From NCBI GenBank assembly GCA_937965695.1, contig CALCKW010000006.1:37717-101716 (forward strand): a DNA stretch of 64,000 nt, given 5' to 3'. The notes under the pieces are model-generated. The model worked only from the letters and a program-made list of their open reading frames with translations. It searched no databases and was not told the origin of the DNA. The position numbers and the translations under genes are program-made. Positions 9,662 through 19,405 of the stretch are shown piece by piece. This stretch comes from an uncultured Granulosicoccaceae bacterium. Lineage in GTDB: Bacteria > Pseudomonadota > Gammaproteobacteria > CALCKW01. Each line of letters opens with the position of its first letter. The stretch's first letter is position 1.

Positions 9662-11902
9662 ATGGAAATGAAAGCGATTCAATACACCGCACCGGTTGGC
9701 CCGCAAATCACCGCACCTGCGACAAGTGATACGCGTGAGCTTGTGCGAATACTGAAACGCAATAAATGGGGCTTTGTTACTGCGCTTCTGTTGGGCCTTC
9801 TTCTCGCTTGGCTATACCTTTTGACAACGACTAATGTCTATCAAGCCGATGCATTGTTAAGAGTTGCCTCGACATCAAGTGCTGACGACATCATTGATGC
9901 TTCAAACCCGTCGAACGGTAACTTCGTCCCTCTTATAAAAGAAGAGAGCGAGCTCATTCGTTCTCGCGAAGTGTTAGAACCGGTTGTTAAATCAGGTCGT
10001 TTGCAAGTTGTGGTGGAGCCACTAGAGATGCCGGTGCTTTCTGAGCTGTCAAAGCGATGGCCGAGTCTGCAGTTTTGGCTTGAAGCTCAACCAGACGCTC
10101 AGGCGTACGCATGGCGAGAGACGCACCTTGAACTCAGTGAGCTAAATGTTCCCGACGCTTGGCAAAATAAAGAACTGCGCTTGTTTGCGCTAGGCGATAG
10201 TCACTACTCAGTTTATGACGAAGACACTGTCGTTATCGAAAAGGCTCTAGTGGGGCGTACCGCAAGTGCTCGGGCCTTTGGTAATCAGCTATTAGATTTG
10301 CGTGTTGAGCGTTTAGAGGCTGAGCCTGGAACGGTTTTCACCATTACCTTTAAGTCTTTACAAAACTCTCTCACTGAATTGCGAGACGCCTTAACGATAG
10401 AAAGTAGCGATGCCACTTCACGAGTTTTATCACTTTCTCTACGAGGAGAAGATCCGCAGACGACAGCTGATCTGCTAAACGCGATTGCCAACAAATACAG
10501 TGATGTGAAACTGGGGTGGGAGAGTAAGTCTTTCCGTAGCGAATTGAGCTTTTTTGAGCAACGCTTACCCGAATTAAAAACAGGAATGCAACGCGCTGAA
10601 GCACGTTTGAGACGCTATCAACAACGCAACAATTCAGCGGTAGGTACCAGCGCTCAGACAAATGCGCTCGTGCAACGGCTGGCAAATGAAGAATCAAAAC
10701 TGCTCGAGCTTGAACGCGAGCGACAAGAGCTACGTGAAAGGTACACCCGTTTACATCCTTCGGTAGCGAAGCTCGACAAAGAGATATCGACTTACCGCTC
10801 TACAATCACGAGTTTGCAAGAACGCATTCCCAACATTGCTCGCGTCTCATTCGATCTGGGGCCCTTGCAACGTGATGTTGAAGCTTCTCGAAAGCTTTAC
10901 ACAGAGCTCAATGAAAAAGCACAACGCCTTCGTTTGGCCCAGGCGAATACTGTCGGAAGCGTGCAGATCGTTGACTTGGCTCTACCACAGAACAAACCAG
11001 TGGCTCCTAAGAAAAAACTCGTGTTTGCTCTTGCAGCGTTAGGTGCACTGTTTCTCTATGCATTTTGGGTTCTAATACGCGCTTCATTCAGCAGCACGAT
11101 CGATGACGACGTCGCCTTGGCCCGTCATTCTGGTTTGCCTGTGTTCATGAATATTCCGCGCAGCGAGGCACAACGTCAATTTCGCCACCCTGGGAAAACG
11201 ACTGCAAAACGTGGCGACCTGCTGCCCGCTGGTAGCCATGAAGTTTTGGCAATTCGCGAGCCTGAAGACTTTTCGGTTGAGAATCTTCGTGGACTACGCT
11301 CCATGCTGAGCGATCTAATGTACAACTCGCGCAACAATATTCTGATGATTTGTAGCCCATTACCCGCCATGGGTAAGTCCTTTGTGAGTATCAATCTCGC
11401 GGTGTTATTGGCGCAATCTGGAAAGCGCGTGTTGCTGATTGATGCCGACTACCAACGTGGCTATATTCACAAAACTTTTGCTATTGAAGGTGGCCCAGGT
11501 CTGGTAGACGCTGTAGCAGGCGTCGCGCGTGCGGCTAAGGCCGTAAAAACGACAGGTGTACCGAATTTGTATGTTCTACCACGTGGGCATCATTCGGATG
11601 AAATGCACAGCAGTGCTCCTAATGAAGGTGATTTACAATCCTTTTTGTCTCGTATCACGCCAGCTTTTGACATCGCCATTATAGATACGCCGCCTATCTT
11701 GAGTGTAGCCACAGCCACCACCATTGGCCGCGCTGCCGGTACAACATTGTTGGTTGTCAAAGAGTCTGAGGTTAAAGAGCAGCAACTTAAAGAGAGCATC
11801 CGTCGACTTCAATATGCGGGTGTTAGCGTCAATGGTTGCATCCTCAATGCTTCAAGCCAGTCCGCTAGCCACTACGCCTATTACAAAGACCGGATGGACT
11901 AG
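9662..11902 (+). CDS. Polysaccharide co-polymerase / BY-kinase (Wzc/ExoP/EpsG-like PCP-2a tyrosine autokinase)
   Basis: 746 aa. Wzz-like periplasmic and coiled-coil region between two TMs. C-terminal Walker-A ATPase (PLPAMGKSFVSINLAVLLAQSGKRVLLIDAD) and a Tyr-rich tail (SASHYAYYKDRMD). Confidence 0.85.
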   Translation: MEMKAIQYTAPVGPQITAPATSDTRELVRILKRNKWGFVTALLLGLLLAWLYLLTTTNVYQADALLRVASTSSADDIIDASNPSNGNFVPLIKEESELIRSREVLEPVVKSGRLQVVVEPLEMPVLSELSKRWPSLQFWLEAQPDAQAYAWRETHLELSELNVPDAWQNKELRLFALGDSHYSVYDEDTVVIEKALVGRTASARAFGNQLLDLRVERLEAEPGTVFTITFKSLQNSLTELRDALTIESSDATSRVLSLSLRGEDPQTTADLLNAIANKYSDVKLGWESKSFRSELSFFEQRLPELKTGMQRAEARLRRYQQRNNSAVGTSAQTNALVQRLANEESKLLELERERQELRERYTRLHPSVAKLDKEISTYRSTITSLQERIPNIARVSFDLGPLQRDVEASRKLYTELNEKAQRLRLAQANTVGSVQIVDLALPQNKPVAPKKKLVFALAALGALFLYAFWVLIRASFSSTIDDDVALARHSGLPVFMNIPRSEAQRQFRHPGKTTAKRGDLLPAGSHEVLAIREPEDFSVENLRGLRSMLSDLMYNSRNNILMICSPLPAMGKSFVSINLAVLLAQSGKRVLLIDADYQRGYIHKTFAIEGGPGLVDAVAGVARAAKAVKTTGVPNLYVLPRGHHSDEMHSSAPNEGDLQSFLSRITPAFDIAIIDTPPILSVATATTIGRAAGTTLLVVKESEVKEQQLKESIRRLQYAGVSVNGCILNASSQSASHYAYYKDRMD

Positions 11903-12522
11903 TGAGCGGGTATATTACAAACCATCCCAAGCATCGCATGCCGATGAGCAAGCGCGCCTTGGATTTGGCTATTACCGTACCTGCCATTGTGTTGCTGTCC
12001 CCTTTTCTAGCCATTACAGCACTGTGCATCAAGCTTGATAATCCTGGCCCAGTGCTGTTTAAACAAAAGCGTTATGGTTTGGGTGGCAGCATTTTTCACG
12101 TTTATAAATTTCGCAGCATGAGCTTTCAACCTGACGCGGAGTTTGTACAGGCTAAAAAGAACGATGCGCGTGTGACCCGCGTTGGTGCGGTGATAAGACG
12201 AACAAGCATTGACGAACTTCCCCAGCTTTTTAATGTACTCAAGGGAGAGATGTCTTTGGTAGGACCGAGACCTCACCCACTTTCTTTGGATGATGACTAC
12301 CGCCAATGCATTCCTGAACTAATGAAGCGCTACGGTGCTACGCCAGGGATTACAGGCTGGGCACAAATCAATGGACTTCGTGGAGAAACCCGAACTGTTG
12401 AAGACATGCAAGCACGAATCAATCACGATCTCCAGTACATCGCAACACGAAATACGATGATGGACATTCGCATTGTATTGCGGACGGCCATCGGCGGTTG
12501 GACAGATCCAAATGCCTATTAA
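11902..12522 (+). CDS. Initiating sugar phosphotransferase (bacterial sugar transferase family, WbaP/PglC small form)
   Basis: 206 aa. LKLDNPGPVLFKQKRYG…FRSM…DELPQLFNVLKGEMSLVGPRP is the polyprenyl-phosphate hexose-1-P transferase catalytic domain. An alternative start is the ATG at 11938. Confidence 0.8.
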   Translation: MSGYITNHPKHRMPMSKRALDLAITVPAIVLLSPFLAITALCIKLDNPGPVLFKQKRYGLGGSIFHVYKFRSMSFQPDAEFVQAKKNDARVTRVGAVIRRTSIDELPQLFNVLKGEMSLVGPRPHPLSLDDDYRQCIPELMKRYGATPGITGWAQINGLRGETRTVEDMQARINHDLQYIATRNTMMDIRIVLRTAIGGWTDPNAY

Positions 12523-13282
12523 ATCTCCTCTGACAAACGTTAGCTTGCTTGGCTTCAAATCCCATTTGGGCACTTGTGTGGACTATTTGCAGCACTTGAA
12601 AAACATTGTTGAAACAAACTCAACCACAACTGTGCTTGCGCATAACCTGCATTCGCTGCATCTCTATTACCGATCATCTAGTCTCAGGCAATGCTATCTG
12701 AACAGTGTCAATATGGTTGATGGGATGCCAATCATTTGGTTGCTGAAGCTAGCCGGTAAGAAAGCTTCGACAGAACAACGCCTAACTTATGTCGACTTTA
12801 TTTGGCCGCTGTTAGAGCAAGCACAAGAGCAAAACTGGCGTGTATGTCATATTGGGCAATCGAGTGAAGTGCAACAAAGGGCAATCGGGAAGATAAAAAA
12901 ACGACTGCCAAATCTAGAACTATTAGGCATACCCGGTTATTTCGATCAACAGCAGAACAGCTCGGAGACCCATACGGTTATTGCGGAAGTCAATAAATTC
13001 GCACCACAATTGTTGTTAGTTGGCCTCGGCAGCCCTCTTCAAGAGCACTGGATTGATCAGCACCGTAGCCAGTTGCACGTCCCTGCGGTTCTCAGTTGCG
13101 GTGCCTGTATGGAATACGTTGCCGGTGATGTTGGCACACCACCCCGATGGATGGGTAGAACAGGACTAGAATGGAGCTATAGGTTTTTTGAAAACCCCAA
13201 GCGTTTTGCTGGGCGTTATTTGATAGAGCCGTGGGGGCTTATGTTCTCTATGCTCAGGTATCGACTAAGTGGCCACCGCTGA
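12512..13282 (+). CDS. WecB/TagA/CpsF-family glycosyltransferase
   Basis: The ORF-track start at 12473 lies within the previous gene. The ATG at 12512 overlaps the upstream stop and fits better. Family assigned from the central region (ICHIGQSSEVQQRAIGKIKKRLPNLELLG…). Confidence 0.65.
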   Translation: MPIKSPLTNVSLLGFKSHLGTCVDYLQHLKNIVETNSTTTVLAHNLHSLHLYYRSSSLRQCYLNSVNMVDGMPIIWLLKLAGKKASTEQRLTYVDFIWPLLEQAQEQNWRVCHIGQSSEVQQRAIGKIKKRLPNLELLGIPGYFDQQQNSSETHTVIAEVNKFAPQLLLVGLGSPLQEHWIDQHRSQLHVPAVLSCGACMEYVAGDVGTPPRWMGRTGLEWSYRFFENPKRFAGRYLIEPWGLMFSMLRYRLSGHR

Positions 13283-14555
13283 ACAACTCCGCCCACCTTT
13301 CCACACTTTGGTCACAATGCTTAGAAAGCTATTCAGCTCGCGGTTGACCAAGGCACTCAGTGGGCAAGCGCTAGTCAGCATCTTCCATTTCTCTATCAAC
13401 TTGTTATTGTTGCCTTTGCTCGCACCCTACGACTACGGTGTATTTGCTTTGAGCTTCGTATTGGCGATGTTCGCAGCGGCTATCAACAATGCTTTGATTT
13501 CGACACCACTTTCCATTTACACCCCCATCATCAAGACCGTTGAAGAACGGCAGAAACAAGAAGCTCTTTTTAATGCACTGAATACGTTGTTCTTTATCGG
13601 GGTCATTTCAGCAGGCATTTTGTTCGCGTTAAGAGAGCACTCAATGGCGCTGCCAGTGGCACTCTTTGTAGCCAGCTATGCAACGCGGCAGTTTAGTCGC
13701 AGCTTCGCCTACGCTCGTCTCAAAGCCGAAGTCCCTGCTCGAGCCGACACACTCTATGTCATCGTATCTATCATCGGCACCGCCCTTTCTATTACTTTTC
13801 TCGGGGCATCTGCGACCCCAGCGATTCTGCTATCGCTGGCTGTTGGCAATACTGCTGCAACTCTGCTGGAGTTTTACCAGTTGAAGGATGCTTGGCGTTT
13901 GCCTTCATCTTTCAGAGCATTGCTCGCATACAAATTATTATGGCCACAAACACGCTGGGCCCTCATCGGGGCATTCACCACACTGCTGATGGGTCAAGCG
14001 CACAGCATAATCGTATCCAGTAGTTTTGGCCCTTCTGCCTTTGCTCCACTTGCTGCAGGTGGCGTTTTATTCGGCCCTATCAGAGTGGCTCTGACGACCT
14101 GGCAAAATATGAGTAAGCCGCAAATGGCGATCGATCTAGACGCCAAACGCTTTTATGCGGTGAACCAAACTATACGCCGAGCGACCTTGGTCTTGAGCGT
14201 GACTTTGTGCCTAGTCGCTGCTGCACTCTGGTTATTCTGGCCAGTGATTCACGACCTACTTTATGCAAAAAAGTACGGCGATGAACCCATGTGGTTTATC
14301 GTTTCACTGTGGACCATCATTACCTTGTTTTTTACCTTGAATGCACCTGTGGCGGCAGCACTCCAAGCGCTCGCTGATTTTAAAGTATTAGCAATCGCCA
14401 GTATTTTCGGATCAATACTCAGCATCGCAATTGTAATCACTCTGTTGTTTAGCAATGGACCCGCGAGCACTCTCTACGGAGCTATCGCAGCAGAAATCTT
14501 TATGACGGCATATCTCTTTTACAACCTAAGCCGCAGTTTTGCACGCCAACAATGA
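13269..14555 (+). CDS. Polysaccharide biosynthesis membrane protein, probable Wzx-like flippase (MOP/MATE-like)
   Basis: 428 aa, highly hydrophobic with many predicted TM helices. Located in a Wzy-dependent-type locus. Confidence 0.55.
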   Translation: MATAEQLRPPFHTLVTMLRKLFSSRLTKALSGQALVSIFHFSINLLLLPLLAPYDYGVFALSFVLAMFAAAINNALISTPLSIYTPIIKTVEERQKQEALFNALNTLFFIGVISAGILFALREHSMALPVALFVASYATRQFSRSFAYARLKAEVPARADTLYVIVSIIGTALSITFLGASATPAILLSLAVGNTAATLLEFYQLKDAWRLPSSFRALLAYKLLWPQTRWALIGAFTTLLMGQAHSIIVSSSFGPSAFAPLAAGGVLFGPIRVALTTWQNMSKPQMAIDLDAKRFYAVNQTIRRATLVLSVTLCLVAAALWLFWPVIHDLLYAKKYGDEPMWFIVSLWTIITLFFTLNAPVAAALQALADFKVLAIASIFGSILSIAIVITLLFSNGPASTLYGAIAAEIFMTAYLFYNLSRSFARQQ

Positions 14556-15466
14556 AGCTCGCCATTTGCATTTGTACGCATCAACGTCCGGCAGGATTGC
14601 TTCGACTGTTGAAGTCACTTGAAACATTGGCTGGCCAAGTGCAGTTTGCAATCTTCGTTGTCGACAACCATCAGGATGCCGAGGGTTTAAAAGTAATTGA
14701 GGAAATACAAAAGTCCGGTTACTCGGTAGCGATACAGGGTGAACAGGTGCTCGACGGCGGCATTAGTCAGGCGCGCAACCATGTGCTGCAAATGGCAATC
14801 AATGCAAATGCACAGTTCGTGGCATTCATTGATGATGATGAATGGCCAGAAGCTAGCTGGTTAGATGAACTCATGCGGGTTCAAGCCATCGACGATGCGG
14901 ATGCGGTTGGTGGTCCAACTAAAGCAGTGTTTGAAGCAGACATATCGAATGCATTTGCTTCGTGCCCCTACTACGGCGCCGATTTAAACCTTCCTGACAA
15001 CGCCATATGCGAGTTACAAGCCTGTGGCAATGTGTTGCTGAAACTACAGACAATCGCAAAGCTCGGTCAGCCCTATTTTGATCCAGCTCTTGGGCAAAGC
15101 GGTGGTGAGGACTTAAAGTTTTTTATGCGCTTAAAAGCTGCTGGCTTAAATATGCGATGGGCGGCACAAGCGACAGTCTTTGAAACCGTCCCACCTTCTC
15201 GCAGTACACTTAAATGGCTAAAGCACCGTGTGGCACTTATTGCTAATACGCGAGTACATATCATGCAGCAACTTCAACCCGGCTTGCTTTCGACAGCACT
15301 GCGCTGGATAAAAACTTTAGCGCTTGGCAGTCAGGCCGCCAGTTATCAAATGCTCGCCCTCATTAGGCCTGATGCTCAATTTAACGCGCAACTTTACAGT
15401 GCCAAATTTAATGGTAAGATTCGCGCGCATTTTGGTCAACGACTTGCTCGTGGAGAGAATCACTGA
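14552..15466 (+). CDS. Glycosyltransferase family 2
   Basis: N-terminal KLAICICTHQRP with an acidic FIDDDEWP motif (DXD-like), typical of GT-A fold GT2 enzymes. Confidence 0.7.
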   Translation: MKLAICICTHQRPAGLLRLLKSLETLAGQVQFAIFVVDNHQDAEGLKVIEEIQKSGYSVAIQGEQVLDGGISQARNHVLQMAINANAQFVAFIDDDEWPEASWLDELMRVQAIDDADAVGGPTKAVFEADISNAFASCPYYGADLNLPDNAICELQACGNVLLKLQTIAKLGQPYFDPALGQSGGEDLKFFMRLKAAGLNMRWAAQATVFETVPPSRSTLKWLKHRVALIANTRVHIMQQLQPGLLSTALRWIKTLALGSQAASYQMLALIRPDAQFNAQLYSAKFNGKIRAHFGQRLARGENH

Positions 15467-16417
15467 ATGAACAGCCTGCCAAAATTTTCAGTGATAATTC
15501 CTACCTATAACAGAGCGCAGAGACTGTGCCACACTTTGCAATCAGTGTTAAACCAGGAGTTTGAGAATTTTGAGATCATCGTCATTGATGACGGCTCTGA
15601 CGATGGCTCTGAGGAATCATGCTCGGCATTAGATGATCCGCGTATCCGATATCACTGGCAAGAAAATGCGGGACCCGCTGCCGCGCGGAACAACGGCGTT
15701 AGTCGCGCGACTGGACAATACATTGCCTATCTCGATTCGGATGATCGCTGGCACAAGGATTACCTGAAAGATACCGCTAAGCAACTCGAAAATATAGCCA
15801 CGAACAGTTTCCTTTATGGACAAATTGTAGTGGACCGTGGTGTCGACAAATACTGGATTAAACCAGCTCGTGCCAAATCTGACACTGAGAGTATTTTTGA
15901 CTATCTCTACGTACACAGTGGCTTCATGCAGACCAGTACTTTGATTGTGCCAGCTGAAATAGCGCGACGTGTAAGCTGGGATGAGACCATCACTTTTGGC
16001 GATAATGACCAATACGCGATTGACCTTTGCCAGAGCGGTTCGAACGCAGTGATGCAGGATCGACCGCTGGTTTGGTATCTCGATATAGACAGCGGTGATG
16101 CGTTATCGCAACTGTATATTCACGACGCAAAATCACAGCGCTACCAACGATTTTTCCAGTGGATGGAGAATCACTACAGCTCCATGTCGGTGCAAGCACG
16201 CGCTGGATTTGAAGCACATTTTTTATCGGGAATTTATGCTTGGCGATCGCCACTGAGGTCGTGGAAGTTGTTATGGCACGCACGCCAATCCGGTACTATC
16301 GGCACGGCAGGAATGTTGCGTCAGTTACTGCAAAACTATGCACCAAAAATATATCGAAAGATGACCAACTTCTATGTGAGCATACGTGGTCTTTCGCTGT
16401 CTAAGACCCACTTCTGA
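15467..16417 (+). CDS. Glycosyltransferase family 2
   Basis: FSVIIPTYNRAQRL…FEIIVIDDGSDDGS… is the canonical GT2 N-terminus. Followed by YLDSDD. Confidence 0.8.
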   Translation: MNSLPKFSVIIPTYNRAQRLCHTLQSVLNQEFENFEIIVIDDGSDDGSEESCSALDDPRIRYHWQENAGPAAARNNGVSRATGQYIAYLDSDDRWHKDYLKDTAKQLENIATNSFLYGQIVVDRGVDKYWIKPARAKSDTESIFDYLYVHSGFMQTSTLIVPAEIARRVSWDETITFGDNDQYAIDLCQSGSNAVMQDRPLVWYLDIDSGDALSQLYIHDAKSQRYQRFFQWMENHYSSMSVQARAGFEAHFLSGIYAWRSPLRSWKLLWHARQSGTIGTAGMLRQLLQNYAPKIYRKMTNFYVSIRGLSLSKTHF

Positions 16418-17718
16418 TGCACACATCACAGCAACAACTCGCGTATTCAGCTAGACACACCAATACACCGATTGCAATTGCACTCTGGGTTTTTATTATT
16501 CTAATGGGTTCCAGTGGGCTCAAAGAGCCCGTGATCTATTTTGTCCCCGCAGCGACACCAGGCCTCACCGTCGCCTGGCTCGGTTTATACGCCATCGCTA
16601 CATTAGCTTTGTTTCGACAAAACGGCATCGGTTGGATCTATTGGCTTTTTCGGTACCGCCTGCTACTCACATTGGCTTTAATTGGGGCCGCATGTTCGGC
16701 CTTTTGGGCGGTGGACATGAACCTAAGTTTACAACGAAGCGTGCACTTAATAGGTTGCAGTCTTTTGGCCGTCTACATCGGTTTTGCCCTCAGCCTGGCA
16801 GTGTTACTTAGAACACTGCTTTGGACCGCAGGCGCTACATTGGCTGTCTCTTTGATGATGGTTTATGCCCAACCAGAACTCGGTATACACGCCTACGAAG
16901 GAGATTTAGTGTGGCGAGGGATTTTTGCTAACAAGAATTCATTAGGCTTTTTTTGCACAATGACAGTCGCACTTTCGATATGCCTTTTGCCCAAAGAAAC
17001 ATCTTGGAAAATGACTTTTTTAATCGGTCTGATTACCGTGTTGGGCATAGTCTCCTTGTTCCAATCGAAGTCAGCGACTTCAGTATTATCGTTATTCACT
17101 GGGCTGAGTGTTGCTGGAATTATCGTCACCGCACAAAGACTAAGGCTGGGGCTTGCACAACAGGCTTTGCTCGCAATTCTTGCGAGCGCCACTGTGATTT
17201 TGCTCATTCAGTCGATAGATACGCACTGGCTTAATTCCCTTTTGGGAAGGACTGGCAACCTCACCGGCCGTGGTGAAGTGTGGGCACAAACGTGGGCATT
17301 GATTCTAGAACGCCCACTTGGGGGATACGGCTATGGCAACCTATGGAACCCCACTGAAAGCACTATTTGGATACAAAAAACTTATACTAATTTCAGCTGG
17401 ATTGTGTACCACGCACACAACGGGTTTTTACAAATAGCTTCAGAAATCGGTTTAGTGTTGGCGACGATTGCGGTATTTTTCGTACTCCAACAATTGCTGG
17501 AAAGCATCCACTGCCAGAATCAACAACCCAAAAAAGAGTCCTTGTTTGTCGTGGTATTTTCCGTCGCGTTTCTGCTGAGCAATTATTCCGAAGCCAGAGC
17601 TATGATTGATCGCGATATTTTTTGGATTCTCTTCCTCGCCATGCCTATCAGCCTGTTGTTGCATCCTCCCCACCCTGAGCCGCTTCCTGAACCGACCTCT
17701 AACGGTCATTTGGTTTAA
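16417..17718 (+). CDS. O-antigen ligase/polymerase-family membrane protein (Wzy-like)
   Basis: 433 aa with about 10 or more TM helices and a large periplasmic loop. It sits at the position of wzy in the locus. Confidence 0.6.
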   Translation: MHTSQQQLAYSARHTNTPIAIALWVFIILMGSSGLKEPVIYFVPAATPGLTVAWLGLYAIATLALFRQNGIGWIYWLFRYRLLLTLALIGAACSAFWAVDMNLSLQRSVHLIGCSLLAVYIGFALSLAVLLRTLLWTAGATLAVSLMMVYAQPELGIHAYEGDLVWRGIFANKNSLGFFCTMTVALSICLLPKETSWKMTFLIGLITVLGIVSLFQSKSATSVLSLFTGLSVAGIIVTAQRLRLGLAQQALLAILASATVILLIQSIDTHWLNSLLGRTGNLTGRGEVWAQTWALILERPLGGYGYGNLWNPTESTIWIQKTYTNFSWIVYHAHNGFLQIASEIGLVLATIAVFFVLQQLLESIHCQNQQPKKESLFVVVFSVAFLLSNYSEARAMIDRDIFWILFLAMPISLLLHPPHPEPLPEPTSNGHLV

Positions 17719-17888
17719 AGCAAACTATTTAGATTTTCCGGATAACGCCGATACATGCGGCATTGTCAGTTATTTGTCAGAGAATTACTTTAAACCAGTC
17801 ATCAAAGTCTGCTTTCTAATCATCAAAAAGAATTCATAGTGAACATCCAGCACCAATAATCCAGGGGGCTGAATATTCCGGAGTAACT

Positions 17889-18317
17889 ATGCTCGAATCG
17901 CGCATCGGTCGTCGTCAATTTCTAGCCGCACTATTCTTGACGTGCAGCTCGGTCGCTGCTGCTGAAGGAGAAAAACTGAGTGTTACTTTTGCCTACAATG
18001 CTGTCATTTCTGAGCAGTTGTTACTGATAGATATTCGCACTCCCAACGAATGGCGCCGTACAGGCATACCAGTGGGTGCTTACGGAATCGACATGGATTC
18101 GAAGGAGTTCTATCCAGAACTAAGAGCCCTCGCTGAACAATACCCAAATCGAAAAATCGCTCTGATATCAACCACTGGTGGACGCTCCGCATACCTAGCG
18201 CGATACCTTGCAAGGCAAGGAGTTCTAGTTTACGACGTGCCGGGTGGAATCGTTGGAAAATCAACGAGTTGGAAATCAAAAAACCTACCTTTTTATAAAT
18301 ACCGCTCGCCCTTATAA
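17889..18317 (+). CDS. Rhodanese-domain (sulfurtransferase-like) protein with signal peptide
   Basis: 142 aa. The LLLIDIRTPNEWRRTGIPVGA motif is rhodanese-like. The catalytic Cys position is not obvious, so it may be an inactive or single-domain form. Confidence 0.55.
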   Translation: MLESRIGRRQFLAALFLTCSSVAAAEGEKLSVTFAYNAVISEQLLLIDIRTPNEWRRTGIPVGAYGIDMDSKEFYPELRALAEQYPNRKIALISTTGGRSAYLARYLARQGVLVYDVPGGIVGKSTSWKSKNLPFYKYRSPL

Positions 18318-18608
18318 AGCTTACCCTTCCCTCTTGTTGCCTCAATCTCGGCGATCCTCTAGCGTCATTATTTTCGCTGAATTTCCATCGACTAAAGCTC
18401 GTTAAGCCTAACTACTTGCTTATCGGCCACTGTAATAAATAATGCGTGGACCGTCTAAGAAAGCCAGGTTTTGACATTCATCCGCAATCGCACTGAAAAA
18501 GAACCATCTGATACTAATCTCATGTAGTATTAATATGCACTTTCTCTTAAGTTATCCTTTCACCGTGCCGTCAATGAATTATATATTTACTACAAACACG
18601 GTGAACTT

Positions 18609-18890
18609 ATGGAGAATAAAGGCCAATTCAAGAAAGTTTTAGCGGCTGCTATCGTGGCGACGGCTCTCGTGCCTACAGTACAAGCAGCAGAGACTTGGGA
18701 TACTTTTACACGCAATCCCGATAGAATCATGCCCAATCCAGGGATGCTCCTGTCCGACTTAAAGCACTTCTACGGCGAACCAGCCATGACCCACAACACA
18801 ATTGGTCAGTCCGACGCTGAAGTTTGGGACTACGGTACCTTCCGCACCTTCATCGCTGACGGTATGGTGCAAAGAAGCAAACTTTGGTAA
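18609..18890 (+). CDS. Small secreted hypothetical protein
   Basis: 93 aa. Signal peptide KKVLAAAIVATALVPTVQAAETW. Preceded by an AT-rich promoter-like region. Confidence 0.4.
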   Translation: MENKGQFKKVLAAAIVATALVPTVQAAETWDTFTRNPDRIMPNPGMLLSDLKHFYGEPAMTHNTIGQSDAEVWDYGTFRTFIADGMVQRSKLW

Positions 18891-18892
18891 CC

Positions 18893-19260
18893 AAAGCTGC
18901 TATTTTAGCCGACGAGTCCCTTGCAACCTTTTGAGTTGTGGGACTCCATAAAAGCGATCCAAAAGCTGCTATTTTCTAAATAGTCTTGGCATCAACTCGA
19001 ACAGTAAAATGTGGGGTTTTCCTCCCCTGTTCGCCTGTTTACCCAAGCGATTGCCAGTTCTGATTGGCTAGGGAGCCTCATATCAAGTCATGCTCTCACC
19101 GTCGACGGGCCAGATTTGGCCCGGCTGAGTTGCAAATCTAGCCAATATCAGCACTATAGCCGTCGATTCGCGCTTTGGCTGGGTCCAAAATTTTCAAGCC
19201 GATTCTAGACCGGACTTAATCTGAGGCTCCCTAGTCGCCTACTCAGTGCTGTGTTAGCCT
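18893..19260. repeat. Structured non-coding region with direct and nested inverted repeats (possible MITE-like element or sRNA)
   Basis: Direct repeat AAGCTGCTATTTT at about 18893 and 18963 flanks the hairpin GAGTCCC…GGGACTC. A larger inverted repeat GCTAGGGAGCCTCA (19068) / TGAGGCTCCCTAG (19222) encloses the CGGGCCAgattTGGCCCG hairpin and a CCGTCGACGG palindrome. No convincing ORF. Confidence 0.35.
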
Positions 19261-19405
19261 AAAGTAGTTGAAACCAGCGAAACTAGCACATGCCAAAAGC
19301 ACGTCACATCAGCCCAAATTTTTGCCTGCCAAAAACGAAACAACGGGGTAAAGGCATACAGCGCACACTTCATCTACTTGTGTTATCTCTAAGTGATATC
19401 TGCAC

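Noticed and set aside
19011-19208. 65-aa ORF inside the repeat-rich intergenic region
   Set aside because: No RBS, low-complexity translation, and embedded in inverted repeats. Better explained as non-coding structure.
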